A DNA stretch of 62,371 bases, counting the filler. It is 19 parts of 19 records of this genome, joined end to end, with 100 filler letters (N's around TTAATTAATTAA, not from the genome) between each part and the next. Parts side by side here need not be neighbours in the genome. Positions count along the whole stretch, not along the records: positions 1 to 2,374 come from SRR9670534_1486; positions 2,475 to 4,586 come from SRR9670534_1491; positions 4,687 to 6,862 come from SRR9670534_1493; positions 6,963 to 9,014 come from SRR9670534_1494; positions 9,115 to 11,458 come from SRR9670534_1498; 14 more parts are not named here. The stretch is one strand, 5' to 3'. Shown one piece after another: positions 1-11,458 of this stretch (its first letter is position 1; each line of letters opens with the position of its first letter). The notes under the pieces are model-generated. The model saw only the letters and a program-made list of their open reading frames with translations, made no database searches and was not told where the DNA came from. The translations under genes were made by a program, and so were the position numbers.

Positions 1-790
1 TATCAGATTTATACAGAGTAGTTCCATCAGACTTCAAATCTGGTATTGTTTGAGATTCATTTTGTAGTCTCTTAACATGATTCCAAAATTTACTCAAAAA
101 TTCTTCTTCATTGCCAACTAGATGTCGCTCAAACGAAATATTCGCTTGACGATAATTGTACTTATAAATCTTGTTGGCCTTGTTAAAAGCTGTTTTGTCA
201 TCTGGAATTTTGGTTCTTTTAGCCCTTTTTTCTAAGGAATTGCAAAAATTGCGTTCTTTTCTGAGTTCAGGAGGCATAACAAAGGTACGATAATACTTTC
301 CTATGGCTATTCGTTTGACAGGTGTGCTACAGGTAAGGGCAATATTAACAGCATCTTTGAATCTATCCCAAACGTTATTCAGCACAAATCTGCTACAACC
401 AGGAATAACAAGTTGTGGCACATCTATGTCGAATAATAAAGAGGACAAGCACTTATTAAAATGGGGCCAATTTGTCTTCTTAAAAAGTGGAACCATTCTG
501 TATCGGGTCACAATGTTTCGAAAATGAATGGTACAGGTTATTAAATCATGATCAGTATTGATAAGTTCGTTATGATATGCTATCTTTGATACAGTATCTG
601 GCCTTTGAACACACAGCAGATCAAGCGTGTTCTTTAAATGCATGGGTTCTATAACAACATTTGACAAAAAGTATCTACTTAAGAAATTGTACAGAAGCAT
701 CGATGAAGTGGTAGGAAAATTAAAATTCTTCCAGTCACAATCAGGACTGTTGATATCTCCTCCAAACAAAATTTCACTATAATGATCCAG
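1..790 (-). mobile_element. Non-LTR retrotransposon (CR1/L2-like) ORF2 fragment: C-terminal half of APE endonuclease plus linker
   Basis: Minus-strand frame not in the ORF track reads ILFGGDINSPDCDW...VIEPMHLKNTLDLLCV...INTDHDLI...TNWPHF...KFWNHVK. This matches the GDxN, xTLDL and (S/T)DH endonuclease motifs and the LINE linker. Confidence 0.8.
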
Positions 791-876
791 TGGAGGTTTT
801 GGAATCGACTTTGGTGTGGGATCTGCTGTTGCTTCATCAATGTCTTCAGAAATTGAGTTTTTGATTCAAACCACTT

Positions 877-2374
877 TTGCTACTTTCACGAGTAACTACA
901 ATAGCAAAAGAAAAACAAGGGTTATGTTTAGCAATGTCACTCTCTCAAAAGCTGTCTCTCAGGCAGAAAGTACATGCAAGCATAATGCACGAAATCATGA
1001 AAGGTGCTGATAGTGTTGACAAGATTTTATCTTATCTTGATGGCATCTTGCTACAACCAGATTATGTACAAGAATATGAATCATTCGCTCACCTGAACCC
1101 ATTTACCAAAAGTCCTTCAATGACCATGGCTCAGTATGTCTTTACATTCGATGAAAGATACACAAATTTATCGGCTCATAAACTGACTATTCCTATGAAC
1201 ATTCTTTCTTTCATGCTTCTGGATAACTCTGGCTTGAACATGCCACAAAGACAACAGATTCTGATCAGCATGAATGATGGCACTAAAATTGAGAAAGATA
1301 AGATGTATGAATGAATGAAGGTTCTTCTCAAAGGATACTATGCTCCTAACATTCAAAGTCAAGCTTAGAGCCAAAAGTTCAAAGCAACTTCCGGATATGA
1401 GACAGTTAAAGGTATACTTACATCAACAGATGAGGAATCTCTTAGCCAACAATTATCTTCTTTGTCTACTGGCATGACAATGGAAGGTTAGGCATCAGGC
1501 ACGACATCTATATCTGTGAAAGTGGAACCAGTATCTACAATGTATGGATTTGATGATCAAGGTAATCCAATTGAAGCATATACTAACCAACACCAAGTGT
1601 ATTATGGTCAACGATTTCCAGGAAATTTTCGCACTCATCCTTTATATCCAGGAAATGTCCAGATATCACAAAATCGTCCATTTATAAACCAAAGCCAAGC
1701 ACCATTCCGAGGAAACTGGCAAAATCGTAGAAGAAGCAACTTCTACAGAATAGGACGTGGAAGTGTTATGCCTAGATATAATCCTATAAATATTCAAAGT
1801 GGCTTACGGTATTAGTGTTTCTCCTGTGGATCACCAGAGCACATGGATAAGAATTGTCCTAGTTACCAATATCGGCAAGGAATGAGACCAAGAATTATCC
1901 TAGTTACCAATATCGACAAGGAATGAGACCAAGAACTATGTTCTATTCCACAGATCATATTTCATTAGAACATGAGGCTTATCCAGATCAGCCAGAATAT
2001 GAAGTCGACAGTGCAGAATTTGATCCCATGGAACCATCAGAAAGCAGCTCAAATGTCCAAGAAAATTTCATCACTGAAACTGTCAAAGATTTGATGACAG
2101 ACGATGAAGATAGTGATAATGTGTTGCATACTTACGATGTCATGATGAGTGATGATGACAATGGTAACAATAACAATCAGCTGCTGCAGGAAATCAAAAA
2201 CCATGCTGTGATGGACTCAGGCTGTAACAATACCGTTTTAGGAGAAAAATGGTATCTGGCATATAAACAATCCTTATCCAAACATCTAAGAAAAAGAATT
2301 ACGAAATGGAAATCGAATGGAAGATATAAATTTGGAAGCAGAAAAACTTACCAAGCCAAGTGCAAGATGGTCAT
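877..2374 (+). mobile_element. Degenerate Ty1/copia-like (probably GalEa-type) LTR retrotransposon gag-protease remnant
   Basis: Gag-like KQGLCLAMSL...ILSFMLLDNSGL...MYE. CCHC knuckle CFSCGSPEHMDKNC at 1816-1857. Aspartic protease motif AVMDSGCNNTVLGEKW. In-frame stops at 1312, 1366, 1489 and 1813, plus one frameshift. Confidence 0.8.
1857..1938 (+). repeat. 41-bp tandem duplication inside the gag remnant
   Basis: tcctagttaccaatatcggcaaggaatgagaccaagaatta starts at 1857 and again at 1898 with two substitutions. Confidence 0.95.
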
Positions 2375-2474
2375 NNNNNNNNNNNNNNNNNNNNNNNNNN
2401 NNNNNNNNNNNNNNNNNNTTAATTAATTAANNNNNNNNNNNNNNNNNNNNNNNNNNNNNNNNNNNNNNNNNNNN
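2375..2474. other. Artificial contig-joining spacer (N44-TTAATTAATTAA-N44), first of 18
   Basis: Identical 100-bp spacer with stops in all six frames, starting at 2375, 4587, 6863, 9015, 11459, 15387, 17806, 20733, 27991, 30801, 33334, 39934, 44179, 49040, 51439, 53611, 55926 and 59736. All complete contigs are >=2 kb, suggesting a length-filtered assembly or bin. Confidence 0.99.
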
Positions 2475-3149
2475 AATATTAATCAATGGTATAACATTCA
2501 GGGCATTGGTAGCTACTGTAAATAATGTTTCTGCCATGATGTGATCTTTATGTGCAAAAGTATTAATGTTCTCATAAATAATGAATTTTTTGTAATCTCT
2601 GTTTTGCAGTTCCTATAAAATTGTTAAGAGATTGCTTCATTTAAAGCAATATGAACTTGTGTACAGCAGATTATAGAGCATAATGATTATAATTTTTGTG
2701 CCTATAAATAATTATTTAAATACTATATAGTTGTGCCTGTATGGGCTTAAGCTATAATTCAATTCTGGTTTGTTAAACAAAATAAATTAATTGAAACTGT
2801 TTTCATAAGTTAGATTAAAATTAGATTATTAAAGTTAAATTCTTAAGTAGTAAACATTGAGTTAGTTTTAGTTTAAAATAATTCAAAAATTGATAAATTT
2901 AAGAACTAAAATCTGTTTAACTTAAACTCAAGAAAATAAATTAAATAAATTACAATTAAATTTTTAAAACCATTAAAATTTAAAATTTTAATAAAATATC
3001 AATAATATTTGAGTTAAAGTAAATTTATTAAAAAGTTAAAATTGAAATTGTTAATATTAAATGATAAGTTAAATAATTTCATAATAAAGTAAATCTAAAT
3101 AAATTTAGAATAATTTTCCCTTACTTTCATGTTTAAAGAGAACTACCAA

Positions 3150-4150
3150 GCTGCTTTCTGCAGGTAAATTATCCAACCCAAATAATAAGATATTAATTTT
3201 AGAGATTCTGTGTTTGGTGTAAGCTAAGAGAGCTATGCTACCATAAAGAAATTTTCCAGGGGTATCTTCAGATCAGCCTATGGCTAAAGTTATATAGTTG
3301 TTAAATTAAATTTCTTTAAAGAAGCTCTTCAAAAACCAGGTTTCAATAAATATTACAAAATTAAATTTTAATGCTAGAAGAAGGCTTTCTAATCTCTGCC
3401 TTCTAATGTAACCAATAAGACTTCTGCAATTGATTAGAACTGAGTGAATAGTGCAAGAGGTATATAGAGTAGGAATTTTAAGCATAGATTATTGTGAGAA
3501 AATGTTGACTAGAATTTGTAGATTAGTAGGTCTGTCCAGTTGGCATGGTTTAACTAGTTATTAATGTCTGTTATGTCTGCTACTGTCATCTAATCATCTA
3601 GTTTTCTTAATATGAGAGCCTGTATCTAATGAGTTTCTGAAAGATTGACTTTGTGAGGGCACTAAGTTATAACATTCTTGCTCCTTCTTCTTATCCAAAA
3701 ACTTATTGGCCATATCCACTAAAATCTTTGTTGTTTTACTATCAAACATGCCTAAAGATAAGTCATTACCAGAGTCTCTGCAACATCTTTTACCATTGGC
3801 ATTGTTTTCTCCATTGGCATTGTTTTCTTTGTTATCTCTGGCAGCAATCTTATTTCTTCTACTTTTGCATTCTCTGGTTTGAGTACTGTTCTTATGAAGA
3901 AAATTCACATCATTTAAGCTAGAAGAATCAATTACTACTTCAGTTAAAAAAAAATCTGAGAGCCCAAAACTACCCTATAAATAATTTGCTTAATATTTGA
4001 AAACCTAAAGATTTATGAAATTGATTCAGATCTATCACCAAAATCTTTGGTAAATAAGTGAACTTTACTATCTTCTTTGCAGGCCTTTTCATTTGACATC
4101 TTGGACAATTTCATTCAGAAAGCTCTTCTATTTCTAAATATAGTTTTAAG
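3150..4150 (-). mobile_element. Heavily decayed LINE-like remnant (possible ORF1 tail and endonuclease start)
   Basis: Minus-strand FVIFIETWF at about 3334-3360 resembles the APE ITETWL motif, followed by a YGSIALL-like segment. Many stops and frameshifts. Confidence 0.35.
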
Positions 4151-5108
4151 AATTCATGCAAATCAGAACTTACCATCTTCTCAGTTATAGGTATAGATAG
4201 TATCTTAAATTTGTCAAATACTTACTTATTTAATTTAATATATGTAACTTTACCTTAGAGCTGAAATCAATTTCATCTATGCTTTTATATGGCAGATTAT
4301 CCTCAAAATCCAAAACTTCAAATAACAACTCAATATTACCCTACAGTTAAAACATTTATTATTATTAATAAACGAAATAAAGTACTAATGTTATTTTTAC
4401 AAATTTGTTCAATTCTACATTCTTATAGCCTATCCAACAATCTAGTTTATAGATGTTTTTGGTATTTGTGCTCTTTAATTAAATTCACTACTTTTTCTTA
4501 ATATTTTTACTAAGATTTAACTACTAAGATCTTTCTGGTTTTATTACTATCCTAATAATAATTTTTTAATATATATATATATATATNNNNNNNNNNNNNN
4601 NNNNNNNNNNNNNNNNNNNNNNNNNNNNNNTTAATTAATTAANNNNNNNNNNNNNNNNNNNNNNNNNNNNNNNNNNNNNNNNNNNNAGATTTAAAAACTG
4701 AGTGAAAATTTATTAAATAAGTTTAAAATTAAGATTCATAGCATGTACACTTTAAAATTAATTAATAAATTTACATATGTAAAAGAAACCAGATGTCGTT
4801 ATTGTCATTCGTCTACAAGGGCTTGTAAAGGCTACCTATGTTTGAATAGATTGTAATAATAGCTTCCTATATTTATTAGCAACAACATTTCCTTATAATA
4901 AAAACTAAATTAGCAATTATGATACAAGGTCAAGTAAGCAAGAATGCATGATGAATGACCTCATCAAGAAAAATTGATTTTTACCCTTATGTTGTTTTAT
5001 TAATAATAATTATATTATATTTTAAGAGGCACTTTTGCTAGTTAGCCATAATTATTCTCAGTGATATCAATCTGCCATGTAGCAAAGTTGTTATTAATAA
5101 AAATTGGA

Positions 5109-6722
5109 ATGATGAAACCAAAATATGATGATATTATACAGAAAAATACTTGCAAATTTGGGGCATATCAAAAACTTTATGTTGGCCTCTTTTGTCTATT
5201 TGCAATACCACCATCATTTTTGAACATGAGTTTAGGCTTTACTGCCTATAAGCCAGAACACTATTGCCAATTTAGTGAGGAAGTTCTAAATATTGTTAGG
5301 TAAGTACCTCATTAAATATTCTTAATTTTAGTTATTGAAGTTAATAATATCCCATCTTATTTATTAAAATCAACTTTAAAATCAATTTTTAATTTTTAAA
5401 TATTTAAATAATTTTTAATTTTTGAATAATTTTTAAATAACTATTAACTAATCAAATATTAATATTTAAGTAAGTTTAAAGAAATTTTGAAATCTAAATT
5501 TTTTAAATTTTAAATATTTATTAAAATCAATTTTAAATTTTTATGAATAAAACTAGTTAACATAAATACTTCATTACTAAATCTTTATTAATTTAGGAAC
5601 AGATCCTGGAGATTAGATGAAGGAATGTATAAACTTATAACACCCCTCAAGGTTACTGGAAAACCAAATTCATGTTCTATGTTTGATTTGGAATATGGAA
5701 AGGTTTTCAGGTCATCTAGCAACATTGAAGAGGCTAATAAGTCAATAGAATTGTTGCTAAAAACTACTAATGTTGCGACAAAATGTCCTAATGGATGGAA
5801 ATACAACCATGATGTCAGAAAAGACAGCGCTGTTACTCAGGTAAAAATAAACAAAAAGTGACTATAAAAAATTTAATTTTGCATTTTTAATAATTTTTCA
5901 TAATTAGTAAGTAAGTTAAGAAAATTGACTATATAATAATTTGTATTTAAAATTATTTTTAATTTTATTTTTGAATTTTGTATTTAAAATTATTTTTGAA
6001 TTTTTTTCAAAATTATTAAAGTTCTAATATAAATTTGCATATGCATTATTGTTATTATAAAGAGTATCATCAATTATACATAATAAATTATTAAATTTCT
6101 AATAATGGTGTCATCACACTGAATACAAAAATAACATTGGAAAATAATGAATAAGCATATATGTAAATAGCAACATAATAATGACGTATCATGTAAACAG
6201 CAACATAATAATGTTATTGCAGTGGGACTTGGTTTGCTCCAAGGAATGGCTAGAAGCTCTCAATGTTGCCCTCAATTTTCTTGGAGTGATGCTTGGAGCT
6301 TTAATATGTGGCCATCTGGCAGACTGGTAATACTTGAATTGATGTTTATCAATTTAATTAATTTCTAGCATGATGACAGATTTCTCACTTATTATTAGGT
6401 ATGGAAGGAAAAGGGTTTTATTAGTTTGTACAATATCACAAGCAATGTTGGGTGCCATTGAAGGCTTGGCACCAAATCTGAACTCTTGGCTGGCCATGAG
6501 ATTTTGTAGTTCCATTGTTCTTATGGGACAGTTTGATACAGCATTTTCTCTATGCTTGGAAAATGTAGGCAAGGAATATAGGGCAATCCCTGGGATACTA
6601 CTATGCCTGGTTTGGGCTATTGGATACTTTCCACTAATCCTATTGGCCTATTTGATTAGAACAAGAATGTATTTGCAAATTACATTATCCTTGTGCTGTC
6701 TATGCTTTGTACCAATAATCCT
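5109..6722 (+). CDS. SLC22/organic cation transporter family MFS protein, 3'-partial (exons about 5109-5299, 5597-5840, 6223-6326, 6399-6722)
   Basis: KFGAYQK start, PEHYC, CPNGWKY, spliced TQ|WDLVC and ADW|YGRK, ENVGKEYRA. All junctions GT-AG and in phase. Confidence 0.92.
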
Positions 6723-7038
6723 GTATGTCTGACTTTCATAATTCTGTATAATAACCTAAACACTGAATTTGCCCAGATATAAACTAAGAAAACAGAAGTT
6801 ATTAACAATTATTATGGGAAAGTGGGAATTTGCCCTCTCATAAAAACCAAATAGATGTCACCNNNNNNNNNNNNNNNNNNNNNNNNNNNNNNNNNNNNNN
6901 NNNNNNTTAATTAATTAANNNNNNNNNNNNNNNNNNNNNNNNNNNNNNNNNNNNNNNNNNNNGCTCTCACTATTAATGAGAAATGTTACTCTCAAATCCT
7001 TACATTTTTTGTGTAACCCTGTTTTTTGTGCACCCTGT

Positions 7039-7143
7039 ATAACAGATCTCCATTTTGAAGTACCAACTTCAATCACAGAACATCAAAATTTGACGTTCTG
7101 TGATTGAAGTTGGTACATGTACTTCAAAATGGAGATCTGTTAT
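7039..7143. repeat. About 105-bp fold-back palindrome
   Basis: Left arm ataacagatctccattttgaagtaccaacttcaatcacagaacatcaaa is followed by its reverse complement with one mismatch and a 6-nt insertion. Confidence 0.95.
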
Positions 7144-7393
7144 TGGTATTCAGTACGTACCTAATTATGGACCGGCTTACGGTAATTACGGAATTTTACG
7201 GTATGTGCGTAGTAGGCAATGCTACTAAGCACAAGTTGTGCTACACAACATAGTATGTTGAACATACATACCTAGGTACATAGACGCAGCGTGTATCAAG
7301 TGTGTGGTCGAATAATAGACGTTCTCTTTATTAAAGAGAAATATAATTATATTTGATGTCAGTTGTAGGATCATTCCAAAATTTGGAATCCAA

Positions 7394-8983
7394 ATGATCA
7401 GAATTGTTTTGTTTACATTCCTTCTCACTGTCGGCTTTTACGGAGTCGGCGCAACGTCGTCAGGTAAACAGTCAATCAGAACTTTGTTCGCTGGCTTAAA
7501 TATGAGATCACTTCTTCAAGAGACTATTGGATTAATGGAAGAGTTGACGCTGAGAAATCATGAAATTTTTTATCTAATCGAAGAACATAGGATGGATGAC
7601 CTGAAGTACATTAAAGATATAGTTCCAAGCCTGAAATTTCTCACGTATAAGTCGTCAAATGTGCTAGATATTGATAGCAAAACATTGACAAGTTTGGTCG
7701 GAAAGGACGGTTCAGTTTCGGACAAAATGAAAAGCCACATTATTCCACTAATGGACGAATTTTGCAAAGATTTTGTTTCCAATGAAGATTTATTTCTAAA
7801 CATTCCAAAGCAAACTAAATTTGATATAATTATTTATACAGATGTTCCCTTTGTATTATGCTATTACATATGGTTTTATCATCTTGGTACAAAATGGATA
7901 TATTTAAGTACATATTACCCATATAATTTTGCAAGAATTCCAGTTTTCCCATCGTTTGCACCAAGTCAAACTTTATTTGATTTACCCTCAGAGTATCCAA
8001 TGTCTTTTATGAGCAGGGTTAAAAATTTTGCATTATTTTTTGTTGATGCTCAATACATGTTCTCAAACTGGATGCTCGATTTTCAGGGGTATAGAGAACA
8101 TGCCCTAAACAAATCCTATCCCACTTCAGTCAAAGAGTTGGTTCAATCTGCTGAACTTTTTCTGATTAACATGGATCCCATTATGGATTACCCCAGACCA
8201 ACGATGCCCAACGTTATTTTTGTTGGTGGAATCCACATTCCCAAAAGTAAACCAATAGTTGGTGATGGAAAGGTTACCCAGTTTCTTGATGTGAAGAAAA
8301 AGGGTATTATTGTTATGGCTTTGGGAAGTATCATGGAATCGATGCCATATGAAATGTACGTGAAATTTGCTGAAGCATTTAATACGTTCCCAGAATATAG
8401 AATTATCTGGAAAAATAAGATAGCTTTTGAAAATGTAACGCTAAAGGATCATATTTTGATGATGCCATGGATTCACCAAAATGATTTGTTGGCTTTGCCA
8501 GAAACTCGGTTATTTGTAACACATTGTGGTAATAAGGGTACGTATGAAGCATTATTCCATGGTGTACCAATGATTGGTTTCCCCCTGATTGGTGATCAAT
8601 TGTATAACTGTGCCAGGTTAAGAAATAGAAAGTTTGGCCTTGTTCTTGACATTAGCTCTTTCGTGAGTTCAGAACTGATTTCGAAAATGAAGGAAGCATT
8701 AGCGCCATCTTTTAGCGAAAAAATTAGAAAAGCTGCTGAATTTGTTGCAGATCTTCCTCCTCCTTCTTCTACTGCTGCAGATTGGATAGAAATTGTTGCT
8801 AAACATGGTGGAACGCTATTGAGACCAACAGCTGCGTACGAATTGTCGTGGTTACAATTTTATTGCGTTGATATAATAACTTTTATACTATTTTCGATAA
8901 TGGCAATTTTAATGATACTTTTTTACTCTTTAAAATGGATTAAAAACAAGTTTTGCAAGAAAGACAAGCAGAAGACTGCTTGA
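7394..8983 (+). CDS. UDP-glycosyltransferase (GT1, UGT-like), intronless, 529 aa
   Basis: Signal peptide; DYPRPTMPNVIFVGG; signature WIHQNDLL...FVTHCG...EALFHGVPMIGFPLIGDQ; C-terminal TM helix and Lys-rich tail KKDKQKTA. Confidence 0.96.
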   Translation: MIRIVLFTFLLTVGFYGVGATSSGKQSIRTLFAGLNMRSLLQETIGLMEELTLRNHEIFYLIEEHRMDDLKYIKDIVPSLKFLTYKSSNVLDIDSKTLTSLVGKDGSVSDKMKSHIIPLMDEFCKDFVSNEDLFLNIPKQTKFDIIIYTDVPFVLCYYIWFYHLGTKWIYLSTYYPYNFARIPVFPSFAPSQTLFDLPSEYPMSFMSRVKNFALFFVDAQYMFSNWMLDFQGYREHALNKSYPTSVKELVQSAELFLINMDPIMDYPRPTMPNVIFVGGIHIPKSKPIVGDGKVTQFLDVKKKGIIVMALGSIMESMPYEMYVKFAEAFNTFPEYRIIWKNKIAFENVTLKDHILMMPWIHQNDLLALPETRLFVTHCGNKGTYEALFHGVPMIGFPLIGDQLYNCARLRNRKFGLVLDISSFVSSELISKMKEALAPSFSEKIRKAAEFVADLPPPSSTAADWIEIVAKHGGTLLRPTAAYELSWLQFYCVDIITFILFSIMAILMILFYSLKWIKNKFCKKDKQKTA

Positions 8984-9332
8984 ATTATGTTATTAGATTA
9001 TATTTGTTATTAATNNNNNNNNNNNNNNNNNNNNNNNNNNNNNNNNNNNNNNNNNNNNTTAATTAATTAANNNNNNNNNNNNNNNNNNNNNNNNNNNNNN
9101 NNNNNNNNNNNNNNTATTGTTATTATTATTAATAATAATAAATGCATGTATAATTACATGTACTATATATGTACTTTATTTTTGTAAGACAGCTGTTGGT
9201 AATGGTATACTAAAGCAAGTCTTGCTGAATCTTATATGCTTGCAGTATTACCAATAATAGTAAGCTTAAAAAATATTTCCTTGATTTTTAGAAATTTTTG
9301 ACTTCAAAGCATATTTTTATCTATCCAGACAA

Positions 9333-10331
9333 ATGGTGCATTTCAAATTTACTTTGTCAAATTTTCATTTGAAATTCTTATTATTAATAGCGACTGTCAT
9401 ACCAATTAATGAATTCATTGCAAATGGACTAACTTGCTATTCTTGTGTTAATAGCCATGATAATGAAATGTGTAATACAAACACAGTTTTATGTGAAGAA
9501 GATCATGATACATGCTTCACAGTGGTTCATTGGTCAAGTAAGTGTTTCTAATAATATAGTATTATATTAACTAATGTTTATGCTCATAACTCAATAGCAG
9601 TAAGGTTTTATGGTGACCTCTATATATTGCTGGATAAACTGTTCTTTCTATTATTAATTTACATGTTCAGTCTTATTGATTTACATTTGTTCCTTCTACT
9701 TTCATCATGGATATCACCAGGCGACATCTGTTTCCAATAATATTTACACACCTGGAATGTATAATGTGTGGTTCACAGCTTCATAAATTTCTACAGTAAA
9801 TTTCAGTTGGTAGTGGGACATTTTTTAATAAAAACCTAAATATTTTCTGGAGAGCGTTTTTGCACCTAGCTCAATTAGAAATATCCATTATAAAAAATTT
9901 TCAACAATTTTTAAATTTTTTGTAAAATTTCAAAAAATATTTTTAAGATACTCTAAACAGTACCTAGTTATCATTATATCATTTAAATGCATTATCTTTA
10001 TAACATGCATTGTCTTGGCATAGATATTGCTTCAAAACATACCATCTCTAAGAAGTGCACAAATTGGATATCTTGCAATAATCAAATTAATGCAACAGAT
10101 CCAGATAGATATGAAATTAAAACTAATGACAATGAAAAAGATAAATTATACTCTCATATAGTCTGTGATAAAAGTTTACCTGAATGGCAATGTAGTTACT
10201 GCTGCAAAGAAGATAACTGTAATATGAATTCATCGTTAAAAGCAAGTCCACTATATCTTAATAGTGTTCAATTATTTCTACAAGAAGCATTCTCAGTTAC
10301 AGTTATATTCTGTACAATACAGCTACTATAA
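9333..10331 (+). CDS. Ly6/uPAR (LU, three-finger) protein, probably GPI-anchored (exons 9333-9537, 10024-10331)
   Basis: Signal peptide, LTCYSC start, KKC, terminal CCxxDNCN motif, hydrophobic tail. Phase-1 GT-AG intron joins the two ORFs. Confidence 0.88.
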
Positions 10332-11429
10332 TATATTTTTTAAAAATGCTATAAAACTACACATTGTTAGAACAATTAATTTTTTAATTATTATATTCAA
10401 ATTTCTTTATATATGTACATTGTACCAATGCTTTAAAAGGCATCTTTTTGTTGTTAGTGATTTGATAAATACAAACCATAAATGGTTATTATTAAGTATA
10501 ATAATGGCAATTACAATTGTAATTATTACTACCATTATTGTTATTAGTAGCAGCAGTAGTATTAGTAAAAAATGATTGACAAATTAAATTAATGATCATA
10601 AGCTTAGTAAAGCTATAATAACTAATTTAAACACTTCAATTTTGGTAGGTTAATTTGTATTGGTATTTTGATTTGTATTTTAATAAGTTTAACTATATTT
10701 TAATACATTTTAGCCTATAAATAATTCTGAAAGAAATAAGCATGTCTATAAATTAATAATATAAGTTATCTACAAAGATTAGAAGTATTATTACATAATC
10801 TATAAATATATCAAAATAAAAATCTCATAACCTTATAGCCTATTTATATTAATATTAAAATTTTGTAGAAGAATTATTGAGCAATTTTTATTATTGTTTT
10901 ATTTTTTAACTAATATTATAATATTATGATATATCAGATTTATTTTTTCAACTATTTCAACTATTTCTAACTATTTATTAAAACTAATTTGAATAGTTTT
11001 CTAAATTATTTACTAATTAATCTAAAAAATATTTTTATTAATAATTTATTCAAGATACATATTTAATTTTAGATTTAAAAAAGATATACATATATTATTT
11101 TTAATGTATTTATTCATACTAAAAAATTTATTTTTTTAATACATACTAACTAATTTTATTATTTGTTTAACTTTAGTAAAATTACTTTAAATAGTTTTTC
11201 TAAATTATTTACTAATTAATATAAGAAAAGATTTTTATGAATAATACATGCAAGTATGTATTTAGTTTTAGAATAAAAAATATAACTTACCTATTATCAA
11301 AGTAACTAGTTATGCTAAAGAATTTATTTTTGTTTCTCTTTATATATGTCTTTTCCCATATTTATATATTATTTATATGTAATACAGTATCATACACATG
11401 ATAAATATTGTACAATACGATACATATAA

Positions 11430-11458
11430 TACCCTAAATCCCCGTTTATAAGCCGCAC
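11430..11458 (+). mobile_element. Probable Tc1/mariner-pogo-type MITE terminus at contig end
   Basis: taccctaaatccccgtttataagccgcac starts with TA and shares cccgtttataa with the termini at 59710 and 62290. Confidence 0.45.

Noticed and set aside
1312-1815. In-frame TAG/TGA in gag as read-through or a variant genetic code
   Set aside because: Host genes end normally in TGA (UGT), TAA (PGM1) and TAG (RCC1 gene), and the element also has a frameshift, so this is decay.
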